DNA of 64,000 nt from Macrostomum lignano. Its lineage: Eukaryota. Both the position numbers and the translations under genes were made by a program. Positions 48,248 through 59,900 of this stretch are shown one piece after another (position 1 is the stretch's first letter; each line of letters begins with the position of its first letter). The stretch is taken from positions 1 through 64,000 of the forward strand of contig NIVC01001599.1 in the NCBI GenBank assembly GCA_002269645.1. The letters are read 5' to 3'. The notes under the pieces were generated by a model, which worked only from the letters and a program-made list of their open reading frames with translations, was not told the DNA's origin and made no database searches.

Positions 48248-50519
48248 TTTGATTGGCTGCGGGTGTATGGTTAGGTTGGAGCTGTGTAGCATTGGGGAGA
48301 TAACTTACGAGTATAAGGCTCAAACAGAACTCAGAACTATAATAGGCCTCTATTTTAATTTTACAGGTTATAAATTTCTATGCTGCAGGACTCTTAGTAC
48401 TACTACGAGTATAATTTTTACTATTTTTAGTACAACTACGTAGTATACTGTGAATAGTATTACTATTATTATTAGTATCCCTAAGCTGCATCACTTAACT
48501 CCTATCTTTTATTATGGTATATCTTGTATATGTGGATTTTATTCTTAAAATATATGCTTCTCTCTCTATTTAATTGTTAATATATTCTTTTAGCATACAT
48601 GCACAACACCTGGCTAAGCTGGCCTAGATAAGTGGATAGCCAAGACAGATATGTTGCAAAACTGATTAACTAAAAACAAAAATGGTACAGATAGTACATA
48701 GGACAAAAAGAATAAATGGGATTAATATATAAAGTGAGAAAAAACATGGAAAATGAAAAATGGGTCTAAAAACTATCATTCCAATGGTACAATGATGACA
48801 ATTTTCTATATCTATAGATTAAGATAAGATACTCCCGATTTGGCTTATCTAATATATTTCTAAGCTTTATAACTTTGTATATTAATATTATATATAATAA
48901 TATATATACATATATAAATGTAGATTATTATGTATTCAATGTTTTGTTTTTTGAATTATTAAAAAAATACTCATATATTGATTTTAAGTTCGCCCTGGCT
49001 TATATGATCATATAAAAAAAGCTTATTTATTGTAACAGGTAGTATTCTGTGTCTTGTCGATAACAAAGAATTGAACTTGAAGCACAGCATTCCTGGACCA
49101 AGGCTACTGCTGTCCCCTATTGCAGCCAATGGCCATTTTCGTGGACGGCGTCCGGCGCGGATTGGACTGGTGGCGGCGTGGCGCGCGGCGGCGGCGCGGC
49201 GCGTGGCGGCGGCGCGCGGTGGCGTGGTGTGTGGCGGCGGCGCGCAGCGCGCGGCGAGCCATTGACTGACTAATTGAACCAAATCACTGATCCTGGGGAC
49301 TGGCCCTGGCGCAGTACGGGTAGATGTCTGGCGCGGGAAAGGGGGGCGTCCGGCGCGGTTCAGACCTTGGCTGCAATAGGGCTGCTGTCTATAGCCCAAC
49401 TAAGGCAATGGCCATGCCTTTGGGCCAATAGATGTAGGCAGGAGAAAAGTGAAGCAAGGGCCTCCACTGTCTCTCCTTTTTATTTAAAACACTGAAGAAC
49501 AGGCACATAGGAATGAAAATTCTTATAAGCTACACAAAACAAATGCAAATTATACATCAAGTTTTAGGTGCAGCCATCCTTTGCAAATATGACTATATTT
49601 TATGCAGCTTATTTTTATGACTCATGAATTTAAATTTGCAAATAAAAGATTTGATAGAAAATAAATAATTAGTTTATCTTTACAAGTATAAACTACAGCC
49701 CTCATTGACTACATAGCTGCAATGATTACATTTATATTTTGCAAATGAGTCACAGACAATTAGCAATAGATAAAATAACTATCAACCCTTGTATGCAATA
49801 GCATTTATTAATTGAGTCTACAATGGTTTATGTTATTGATGATAACAAACTGATCAAACTCCAAAGTATATAAATTGGCTAGATAACAAAGTATCTTATC
49901 TTTAAAATAGATAATAAATATAGGCCTAACTTATAAGATGACAAAGTTGCAAATATAAGAATAAGATAATACTTGTGTCTAGAAACTATTATAGCCTACT
50001 CATTGGCCTAGGCCTATTATTACTAACTTATTTACTAACAAAAGTAAATGCTAGTAATTTATTTTTAATTTACCATTTTTTCATTTTATTTAGTTTAAAT
50101 TAAGTTAATTTAATTTACTTTTGTTGTTTTGTACCAAAATGTATAAATGTTAGGCCCTAGTTGCATATGATTATATAATCAAACCAGCTAATGAAGGCCA
50201 CAATACAAGGATTAGGCCTAGCCAAGGTGTTGGACTTATAATTTAAAAGGTTCTAAGTCTAAAAAATTATATTCTTGAGCAAGAGTAGACCTAAGACATT
50301 TAACTCTACATTGCTTTAGTTCACCCAGCTATAAAATGGGTGCTTTGCTTTGTCTGCTTTAGTTTACTAGTATTAGCTAGAATAATTGAATGTAGGCCTA
50401 TATTTGGTTCTTGGCTATCTTCAATTATACCACACAATAGCTATGCCTATGGCTAAGCTGTCAATTGCATAGGCCTATGCTATACTGCATCTACCTATTG
50501 CCATTGGCTATCAGGCCAG

Positions 50520-50960
50520 CCATAGTTAGGAAGGTGGCACAGTGTGCGCCGGAACTATTTTGATGGCTTTTGAGCACTGTGCGCCGTGAAGAAGAAAAGT
50601 TTTTATGTGCCGCAGCGTGCCATGATAAGGTAAGTCTAAGGTAAGGTACGGTAAATTTGAATTTACGGTAGACAAATTTGAATTTCATTAACGTATTTTA
50701 TATCGTGATTTACGTAATTTTAGTATTCTTTGATAGTATAACATCTTATTTTACGAATTATGGAATTAGGCCTGACACTATATATTTTGCAAAGTATAAC
50801 GAAGTGTAGGCCTAACTATATATTTTTTTAGCGCCATGCGCCATGTGCGCCGCTAGAGCATTTTCAATTTTTCCTTGTATGCCGTGTGCACCGTGTGTGC
50901 CAAAAAAGGGCCAATTTGCACCAGAAAATTCACCAAAAACTGCCACCTTCCCAGCTATGG
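50520..50960. mobile_element. 441-bp non-autonomous DNA transposon (MITE), 20-bp TIR, 8-bp TSD CAGGCCAG (hAT/P-type)
   Basis: CAGGCCAG|CCATAGTTAGGAAGGTGGCA ... TGCCACCTTCCCAGCTATGG|CAGGCCAG. Subterminal GTGCGCCG-like repeats on both sides. Confidence 0.88.
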
Positions 50961-51878
50961 CAGGCCAGAGCACTTGTAATCAACAAAAACAATTACTTAC
51001 TAAATAGTAGCCTAATCCTAGGCTCTATTCCATAGCCCAATGCAGATTCGGATCTAGAATTTGATTTTGGGAAGCCAACCTAAGGAAAAAAACCTAAGAT
51101 TAAGAATAATTACCTAAGCTAAGGTAAACCAAACTTAGCCAAGCCAACTAGTCTTTACTAGCCTAGGCCTACCTCTTCTCTTACAAATCAGCAGACCCAC
51201 CAAAGTATTGTCATTTCATAGTCATAGATAGGTCATAGATCCAATATATTCCAATAATCATTGAAACAAAGCAATAGATATTTCGATTTTTAGTAAAAAA
51301 GGCCTATGGAATGGAATTAATAAATAAATTAAATATTTTGACCATAAGAGATGCCTGGGAAGGTGTCATGGCCCCATGGCCATAACCCCTCTCTTATATC
51401 CGCCACTGCCATTGGCCACATATATACGTAAGGGGTAGGCCTAGGGCTAGGCGTGGCGTGGCTTGGCGTAGCTTTCTTTATATGACAAAAAATTACAAAA
51501 AATAAATACAGCTTTGCTGTCAAACAACCACCATAAATATAATCTGACAATGTTAGCTTTCGGCTAATAAACTAATTAAAGCACGCATAAAAATTGTAAA
51601 TGACTTATTATTTTCTTTTAATTTTTTATGCAGTAATTAAAAAGGTTACACAATTAAAGTACTTTGTTGAAACCATTTACGCCGTTTTAAAGTCTTTTTT
51701 TCTTTGAAACTCGGAAACCAAACTTTTGAAACTGTTTGAAACTTCTTAGAAAAAATATTTGTGCATTTTTTATTCAAATAAGCTTTGATAGGTAGTAGTG
51801 CGTTGGTTTGGTCTTAATTATGTCTTGCAAGTTGCTAATTAGAGTATTTTTCCTATTTTACATCTTAAGATGTAAAAA

Positions 51879-52001
51879 TGACAAATTTGGTGTAATACTT
51901 TTGATTCATGCAAATGAGATTTCCTCGCGAGATTTCGCGAGAATCTGTGTGTAACTAAGATCTCATTTGCATGAATCAAAAGTATTACACCAAATTTGTC
52001 A
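51879..52001. repeat. Perfect 42-bp inverted repeat with 39-bp spacer (foldback hairpin), preceded by a 22-bp palindrome (51856-51877)
   Basis: TGACAAATTTGGTGTAATACTTTTGATTCATGCAAATGAGAT (51879-51920) is the exact reverse complement of 51960-52001. Confidence 0.92.
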
Positions 52002-54372
52002 ATAGACCTTGGCTAAAGTTAAAATTGGAGAAAATTAAATCCACCAACAGTTAAAACAAGCTGAGCAAATTCTTTAACAACAAGATAGACTTCTAAAGTT
52101 GTTCCTTAATGCAATGACATAAATTTCTATAATTCAATGAGCAAAATATTGCCAAGGACAAGGACTTCAACATGACCATTGGCTTCATAAATATATATTC
52201 TAAATGCTATTAAAAGTGTGTAAATGTGTACAACTCAAAATCTAGGCCTAATAATTTAGGCAATCAATGCTATGTACATAATTCTACATTGTATTGTTTA
52301 CTCAGTAACAGTCAAAAGTTCCACATGTACAAATCAGGCGTAGTTAGAGAGAAAATTTCTCATTTAAAATGCACAGTAAAAAGTGAATAAAAATATTCTT
52401 GCTTGGTTGGTGGGTGTAACTTTTGACTGTTGTTTGGTATATATAGTTAGCTATTTAAATACAAGTATATCAAGAGTCTATTGGGGTAGGCCTATAATGG
52501 TTTATGTACTGCATAGTGCATTGCATATGCTTTATTACACTTTATTGCATCTTTTGCTTGAGTAAAGCAGTTCACTTTAATTCAAATTTAATCCTAAGGC
52601 TAAGTGTTGTTTATTTCCTTTCCTTAACCATTAGTAAGGTTTTGTTTGAGTCTATAGGCCCCCTATGGCCTACCCTAGTCTAGATCATATTAGATCTAGA
52701 TGCATACGTAGGCCCTAAAACCAAAATGGAATAGGCCTAGTTATAAATGCATATCAAAAAATTAAAGTGCATACCCTACCCATACTTTTGAATCTAGGCT
52801 GATATTGCAACAATAAATGATCCTTTTTGGCTAATTATTTGGTTGTTTATTTATTTACGATTTATAAATATTTATTTATAGCAACAAATGAATATACATA
52901 AACATTTGTTTAAATACCTTATTGTGAACTAAAAAACTAGAAAGCTTGAAATTTATGCTTAAAAATAATCTTTTCAATCATTTTTATTTAATTCTTTTGT
53001 GTGATTTTTTAAAATACATACCAAGTATATATAAGCCCTACACTATTTTCTTTAGAAGTCATATATGCCAACTATGTAGGCCTAACTTTTGGCATGCAAG
53101 GCCAATACATACCTATATTTTTGGATTCATATTAGCCTATATGATCTAGAATATGGATTTGAAGAATGACTTCAGATTTCAAAATTCATACAAAAATAGT
53201 TCTAAGGATTTTTTGGAATTCAATGAGTTTTAAATCTGTGGGTTTTAATAGCTCATTCTTAACAGGCCCCTAAAAATGTCAATTTTTAGCTTTTTATATA
53301 GAATATTAGTAGACACAATAGCTATCTAAAATATTAGAGTTTTAATTTAAGGACTGAGTGGTGCAAACTCAAGTTTAATTGATTCTAAATGTTTTTTTAA
53401 GTTATACTAATTATTTTAATTAAAGTAATAGCCTTTTACTTAGCCCAACAAAACTTAAACTTAACCCTAAAATTTATCAAGCTATGAAATAGTCTGATAG
53501 GTCTAGTGTAGCAATGTATATATAATTAAAAATGCAAAATCAGGGGCCAAAAGGCATCTGATTTTAAAATTATAAGAAAGATCTAGTTTATTTATAGCAT
53601 AAATACATAGTTTAAGCAATATAATGCATGATTTTTGTATCTATCCTTAAAAGGCCATATCAAAGTTAAAACAAAAATAAAAAAGCAAATTATCTAGTTT
53701 TTTTTCTGTTTTGTCTTTTTTAAACCAGATGTCTTGAATATTAATTTAATATTTAATGTTTGCATAATGGTAGAACTAGAGGAGATAGGAAAAGGCAGTC
53801 GCCCCCTTCATTAGGCAAAGACCAGAAAAAATAAAGGTGGGGACTAAGCAAATTTTTGCTATAATCAAGAGCCACCCCTTCTTTCCCCATTAGAGCTTTA
53901 GGCTCTCAAATTGGCCTTTCCTCAAAAAAATTGCTTGCACTACTGTGCTTTCATTTCTATTTTTGTATTATAAAATGAGGTTAGGTATAGAGATAGGACA
54001 AATATTTAGAATTGAATCAAATTGACCAAATATTCAGTTCAATTTGGAATAGAAAAGTTGACAATCCAAATACCAAATTTTAGATTTTATGTGTGACAAA
54101 GATTTGGAACAAGTCAAAAGTTGAGTATTAGTGTTGTGGCTTATAAATGAAATGAAGGGATTAGTGATAAAAAGGAGTTAGGGAATTAAGGACTAAGAAG
54201 TTTGCATTTTAAGAGATGAGAGTGTTTAGGGTTGTAAGCTTATGGCTCATAAAAAGTCTATCATCAGCAATATATTTTCAAGTTGCTATTATTTGGCTCA
54301 GCATTAATTCTGAGATGCTAGGTACCTAAATTTCAGTCTAGTCCAATTTCCCACTGCAGCCAATTTTGCATC

Positions 54373-55082
54373 ATGGGTGGCCAGTCCTCCAAGCCGCAGC
54401 AGAGGGTGCTGATTGCTGTTGACGGCTCCAGCCACAGCCAGAACGCATTCGACTGGTACCGCACCAACCTGGCCACGCCAGGGGAGGATGTGATTCTCTT
54501 CCACACTGGCAGCCTGCCCAACTATCTGATGGCGCCCACTGGCATATCGGCATCCAATAGCGATGTTCAACGTGCCAACGAGAGCTTGAGAAAGCGGGTG
54601 GCCCAGCTGGAGGAGAGCATGATGGAGCAGTGCAAGCGGCACAGCATGCAGTGCAGGTGGAAAAACTGATGGGCAGGCGTTGAGGCAGACAGACATGTAG
54701 ACACTAAGATGGACAGATAGAGATAGACAAACCGTAAGACAGACAGACAGAAAGACACTAAGACAGGCAGGCAGACAACCTTAGACAGATAGGTTGGCAG
54801 ACACTAAGACAGACAGACACTAGGGCAGGGCAGGCTAACAGACAGTAAGACAGACAGACCCTAGGGCAGGGCAGGCTAACAGACAGTAAGACAGACAGAC
54901 ACTAGGGCAGGGCAGGCTAACAGACAGTAAGACAGACAGACACTAGGGCAGGCAGACACTGGGGCAGACACTAGGGCAGGCAGACACTGGGGCAGACACT
55001 AGGGCAGACAGACAGACACTCAGACACTAGGATAGGTTGACAAACAGACAGACAGACAGACACTCAGACACTAGGATAGGTT

Positions 55083-55115
<33 letters not shown>

Positions 55116-55641
55116 GCTGGCAGACAGACACTAAGACAGGCTGGCAGGCAGACAGACACTCAGACACTACGATAGGTTGACAAACAGACAGACAGACACT
55201 AGGGCAGGTTGACAGACAGACAGACAGGCTGGCAGACAGACACTAGGGCAGGCTAACAGACACTAAGACAGACAGACAGACACTAGGGCAGGCTGACAGA
55301 CAAACACTAGAGCAGACATGCAGAAATAGTTACAGTCTCCAACTCTACAATATGTGCCCCACAGCGGCGCAGAGTGGCGCATTTATCGAGTAAGCCAATG
55401 AACTCAGTTGTGGGTGCGCGCGCACTGACTCTCGGCCGCCCGCAGGTGGAAGTACGCCGACTCGCTGAGCCCCGGCCCGGCCGTGGTGGACGCCTCAGCC
55501 GAGGAGAAGGCCGACCTGGTTGTCATGGGAACGCGCGGCCTCGGCACTATTCGCCGCACAATCCTGGGCTCAGTTAGCGAGTTTGTCATCTCGCACAGCC
55601 GCAGGCCCGTGGTTGTGGTGCCCCCGCCGCCTCAGCAGTAA
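54373..55641 (+). CDS. Universal stress protein (UspA family), paralogue 1, 159 aa; exons 54373-54656, 55446-55641
   Basis: RVLIAVDGSSHSQNAFDWY and DLVVMGTRGLGTIRRTILGSVSEFVISHSRRPVVVVP with the G-2X-G-9X-GS ATP motif. Phase-2 GT-AG intron. Confidence 0.93.
54680..55320. repeat. AGAC/GGCA-rich compound minisatellite in the USP1 intron
   Basis: Read directly. The homologous intron repeat is at 60210..60720. Confidence 0.85.
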
Positions 55642-56262
55642 CTGCGATGACTGCAAATGCTATGATAACTATATGGGCCGCTCAGGTAGCATAGCAGCTT
55701 ATCTTACTGTCAGTTCAGTAGCAAGGAAGGATATGTAAGCTATTTTTTAAAAGAAAATGCCAGTTGGGTTTGTAGCCAGTGCAAATAAACGAGTTCTTTT
55801 GTCTTAAAAATGATTAAATGTTTCTATTCAACGTTCTACTGAAAGTAGCTTGCACGCAAATGTGCCGAGTGGCCTATCTAGTTAAGTTATTACAGTATCC
55901 ATGAATTGTTTGCATTGTTGCAAATTGTTCTGTAGACTTGTTATTTAGTGTTTTTAATAGCAAAAATCTCTTAATACCCACATAGCTAATTAATTTAATC
56001 GTGATCCAACAAATTCTCTGTTTCAGCAAGTTTTTTTTACTGCAAATTCGGTTTTATCATCAGCCTATTGCTCTCTATCAGATCTATTCTCACTATCTTC
56101 TGCAGGCGTGCGGCACTGGGTCGATTGATACTTTTGCTTTATCAAGATTATTTGCCCAAGTAAATACATTTCCTATTACGCCTGGTGATTATCGAAATTA
56201 CCTTTAGCTCCCAGGCAAAGTCTGAAAATATTCTCTGTTTTTGCGAGTTTCTTTTAATTATA

Positions 56263-56560
56263 GGGCTGTAGCCTAGTGCTTAGAGTAGAGCGTCGGACTC
56301 AACTTGAAGGCCAGGGGTTCGATTCCCGATGCCACTTAAGCACTTTGAGCAAGACACTTAACTCTGCATTGCTTCAGTTCACCCAGCTGTAAAATGGGTG
56401 CCAGCATTAGCTGGGGAAATTGAGGGTGTGTATGACGACCCCCCAGTCCTTGGACTGAACAGCCGTACGTAGCCTTCAGATGCGCCGCGCAATAGCTGCG
56501 GCTGAGCTGTCGGTTGCACATCTGGTCATTAGTGCAGGTGTAATCAATTATTATTTATTT
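56263..56560 (+). mobile_element. tRNA-derived SINE with a CORE/Meta-like central domain
   Basis: A-box TAGCCTAGTG, B-box GGTTCGATTCC, then TTGAGCAAGACACTTAAC...CAGTTCACCCAGCTGTAAAATGGG, and an AT-rich tail. Absent from the paralogous position after USP2. A degenerate central-domain fragment lies at ~50277-50342. Confidence 0.8.
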
Positions 56561-56607
56561 TAATTCTGATTATGATACTTTTTCTGGGAATGTTAACTTG
56601 CTTTCCT

Positions 56608-58830
56608 TTCCCTCACTTCCGGTCATTCTAGCTAGCTTCCCTTTCCCTCACTTCCGGTCATTCTAGCTAGCTTCCCTTTCCCTCACTTCCGGTCATTCTA
56701 GCTAGCTTCCCTCTCCGTCACTTCCGGTCATTCTAGCTAGCTTCCCTTTCCCTCACTTCCGGTCATTCTAGCTAGCTTCCCTTTCCAGTTTCCCTCACTT
56801 CCGGTCATTCTAGCTAGCTTCCCTTTCCCTCACTTCCGGTCATTCTAGCTAGCTTCCCTCTCCGTCACTTCCGGTCATTCTAGCTAGCTTCCCTTTCCGT
56901 CACTTCCGGTCATTCTAGCTAGCTTCCCTTTCCCTCACTTCCGGTCATTCTAGCTAGCTTCCCTTTCCCTCACTTCCGGTCATTCTAGCTAGCTTCCCTT
57001 TCCGTCACTTCCGGTCATTCTAGCTAGCTTCCCTTTCCCTCACTTCCGGTCATTCTAGCTAGCTTCCCTTTCCCTCACTTCCGGTCATTCTAGCTAGCTT
57101 CCCTTTCCCTCCCTGTCATTCTAGCTAGCTTCCCTTTCCCTCACTTCCGGTCATTCTAGCTAGCTTCCCTTTCCCTCACTTCCGGTCATTCTAGCTAGCT
57201 TCCCTCTCCGTCACTTCTGGTCATTCTAGCTAGCTTCCCTTTCCCTCACTTCCGGTCATTCTAGCTAGCTTCCCTTTCCCTCACTTCCGGTCATTCTAGC
57301 TAGCTTCCCTTTCCCTCACTTCCGGTCATTCTAGCTAGCTTCCCTTTCCCTCCCTGTCATTCTAGCTAGCTTCCCTTTCCCTCACTTCCGGTCATTCTAG
57401 CTAGCTTCCCTCTCCGTCACTTCCGGTCATTCTAGCTAGCTTCCCTTTCCGTCACTTCCGGTCATTCTAGCTAGCTTCCCTTTCCCTCACTTCCGGTCAT
57501 TCTAGCTAGCTTCCCTTTCCCTCACTTCCGGTCATTCTAGCTAGCTTCCCTTTCCGTCACTTCCGGTCATTCTAGCTAGCTTCCCTTTCCCTCACTTCCG
57601 GTCATTCTAGCTAGCTTCCCTTTCCCTCACTTCCGGTCATTCTAGCTAGCTTCCCTTTCCCTCCCTGTCATTCTAGCTAGCTTCCCTTTCCCTCACTTCC
57701 GGTCATTCTAGCTAGCTTCCCTTTCCCTCACTTCCGGTCATTCTAGCTAGCTTCCCTCTCCGTCACTTCTGGTCATTCTAGCTAGCTTCCCTTTCCCTCA
57801 CTTCCGGTCATTCTAGCTAGCTTCCCTTTCCCTCACTTCCGGTCATTCTAGCTAGCTTCCCTTTCCCTCACTTCCGGTCATTCTAGCTAGCTTCCCTTTC
57901 CCTCACTTCCGGTCATTCTAGCTAGCTTCCCTTTCCCTCACTTCCGGTCATTCTAGCTAGCTTCCCTTTCCCTCCCTGTCATTCTAGCTAGCTTCCCTTT
58001 CCCTCACTTCCGGTCATTCTAGCTAGCTTCCCTTTCCCTCACTTCCGGTCATTCTAGCTAGCTTCCCTTTCCAGTTTCCCTCACTTCCGGTCATTCTAGC
58101 TAGCTTCCCTTTCCCTCACTTCCGGTCATTCTAGCTAGCTTCCCTCTCCGTCACTTCCGGTCATTCTAGCTAGCTTCCCTTTCCGTCACTTCCGGTCATT
58201 CTAGCTAGCTTCCCTTTCCCTCACTTCCGGTCATTCTAGCTAGCTTCCCTTTCCCTCACTTCCGGTCATTCTAGCTAGCTTCCCTTTCCGTCACTTCCGG
58301 TCATTCTAGCTAGCTTCCCTTTCCCTCACTTCCGGTCATTCTAGCTAGCTTCCCTTTCCCTCACTTCCGGTCATTCTAGCTAGCTTCCCTTTCCCTCCCT
58401 GTCATTCTAGCTAGCTTCCCTTTCCCTCACTTCCGGTCATTCTAGCTAGCTTCCCTTTCCCTCACTTCCGGTCATTCTAGCTAGCTTCCCTCTCCGTCAC
58501 TTCCAGTCATTCTAGCTAGCTTCCCTTTCCGTCACTTCCGGTCATTCTAGCTTGCTTCCCTTTCCCTCACTTCCGGTCATTCTAGCTAGCTTCCCTTTCC
58601 CTCCCTGTCATTCTAGCTAGCTTTCCTTTCCCTCACTTCCGGTCATTCTAGCTAGCTTCCCTTTCCCTCGCTTCCGGCCATTCTAACTAGCTTCCCTTTC
58701 CCTCACTTCCGGTCATTCTAGCTAGCTTCCCTTTCCCTCACTTCCGGTCATTCTAGCTAGCTTCCCTTTCCCTCACTTCTGGTCATTCTTGCTAGCTTCC
58801 CTTTCCCTCACTTCAGTCAATTTTGCTAGC
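56608..58830. repeat. 35-bp minisatellite (CTTCCCTTTCCCTCACTTCCGGTCATTCTAGCTAG), about 63 highly homogeneous copies
   Basis: Read directly. Confidence 0.95.
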
Positions 58831-59900
58831 CTCCCTTTACCTCACTTAACTTAATTCTTGGTACACCTATTTTGCATTCTATAATGATATGGTTAATAAA
58901 TTCATTTTTGCAAAAATTAATACATACATAATTAGAAATAATCAATGTATGTCATATAGCAACCCATTTTTAATGAATTTTTGTTTCTTTATTTATTCGG
59001 ATATAATGAAATTTCTAGAAAGCCTTAATATTCAGACTAGGCCCATCTGATTTTTATATAATCTTATCTACTATACTTGTTTACTAAAGGTATGTTGCAA
59101 AATTGACCCCTTCAGAAAGGTATAAAAGGGCAAAAAAAGTAATATTGAAAGAGGAAAGAAGAGATCATATATTCCCAAACCTTATTAATTTATGCTAGCT
59201 ATGCAACTTTGTTTCAACAAAGATGTACTTTCTTTGTTATTGCATTTTTCTCCTTCTGTTGTCCCTTTTTTCTGTTTTCTTTCCAACTCCATTATAAACC
59301 AAGTTTTTATCTAGAGGGTATGATGTCATATCTAGAATTAGGGTATAATTTTGAAGTTTTAAATAATAACTTGCACAAAAAACTTAATCATTTTTAAGAG
59401 GCAGTTTTGAAATTTTGGGTGTTTTACATGTCTGTTTGCAGAGACCTTGGCTAAAAAAACTTTGAAAGAAATTAATGTAGTTAATAAAACTTATTTATGC
59501 TGGCATTTTCATATAAAGTCAAAGTGTAAATGGGTTATGATACAAATTCTCTTATTTAGTATAATATGCCATTAGCAAAATTGAATAAGTATTATTACTT
59601 CTTTTTATAATTTTACTAGAAGTCTAGCGGGTATAGATAAAATCCACTGAACTATGTGCTGACATGACCTTTTCTGCTTGTAACTATTCTTAAGCCTTTC
59701 ATCTATATCATAGTTGATGTAGTTAGTGTACATGTACATGTATGACAGACAGTTGCTATAACCTGGCTTGGCATTAGTTTTATGATGCTGGGTACCTAAA
59801 TTATGAAAGTTTTCTAATTGCTACAGATGGCTAGAAGTTCGTCTGCGTGGTCAGTAGTTTAGCCTAGTCCAATTTCCCCCACTGCAGCCAATTTTGCATC

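Noticed and set aside
56263-56335. Possible tRNA gene (also 25774-25850)
   Set aside because: A and B boxes are present, but there is no proper acceptor or anticodon stem and both continue into SINE-like bodies and tails.
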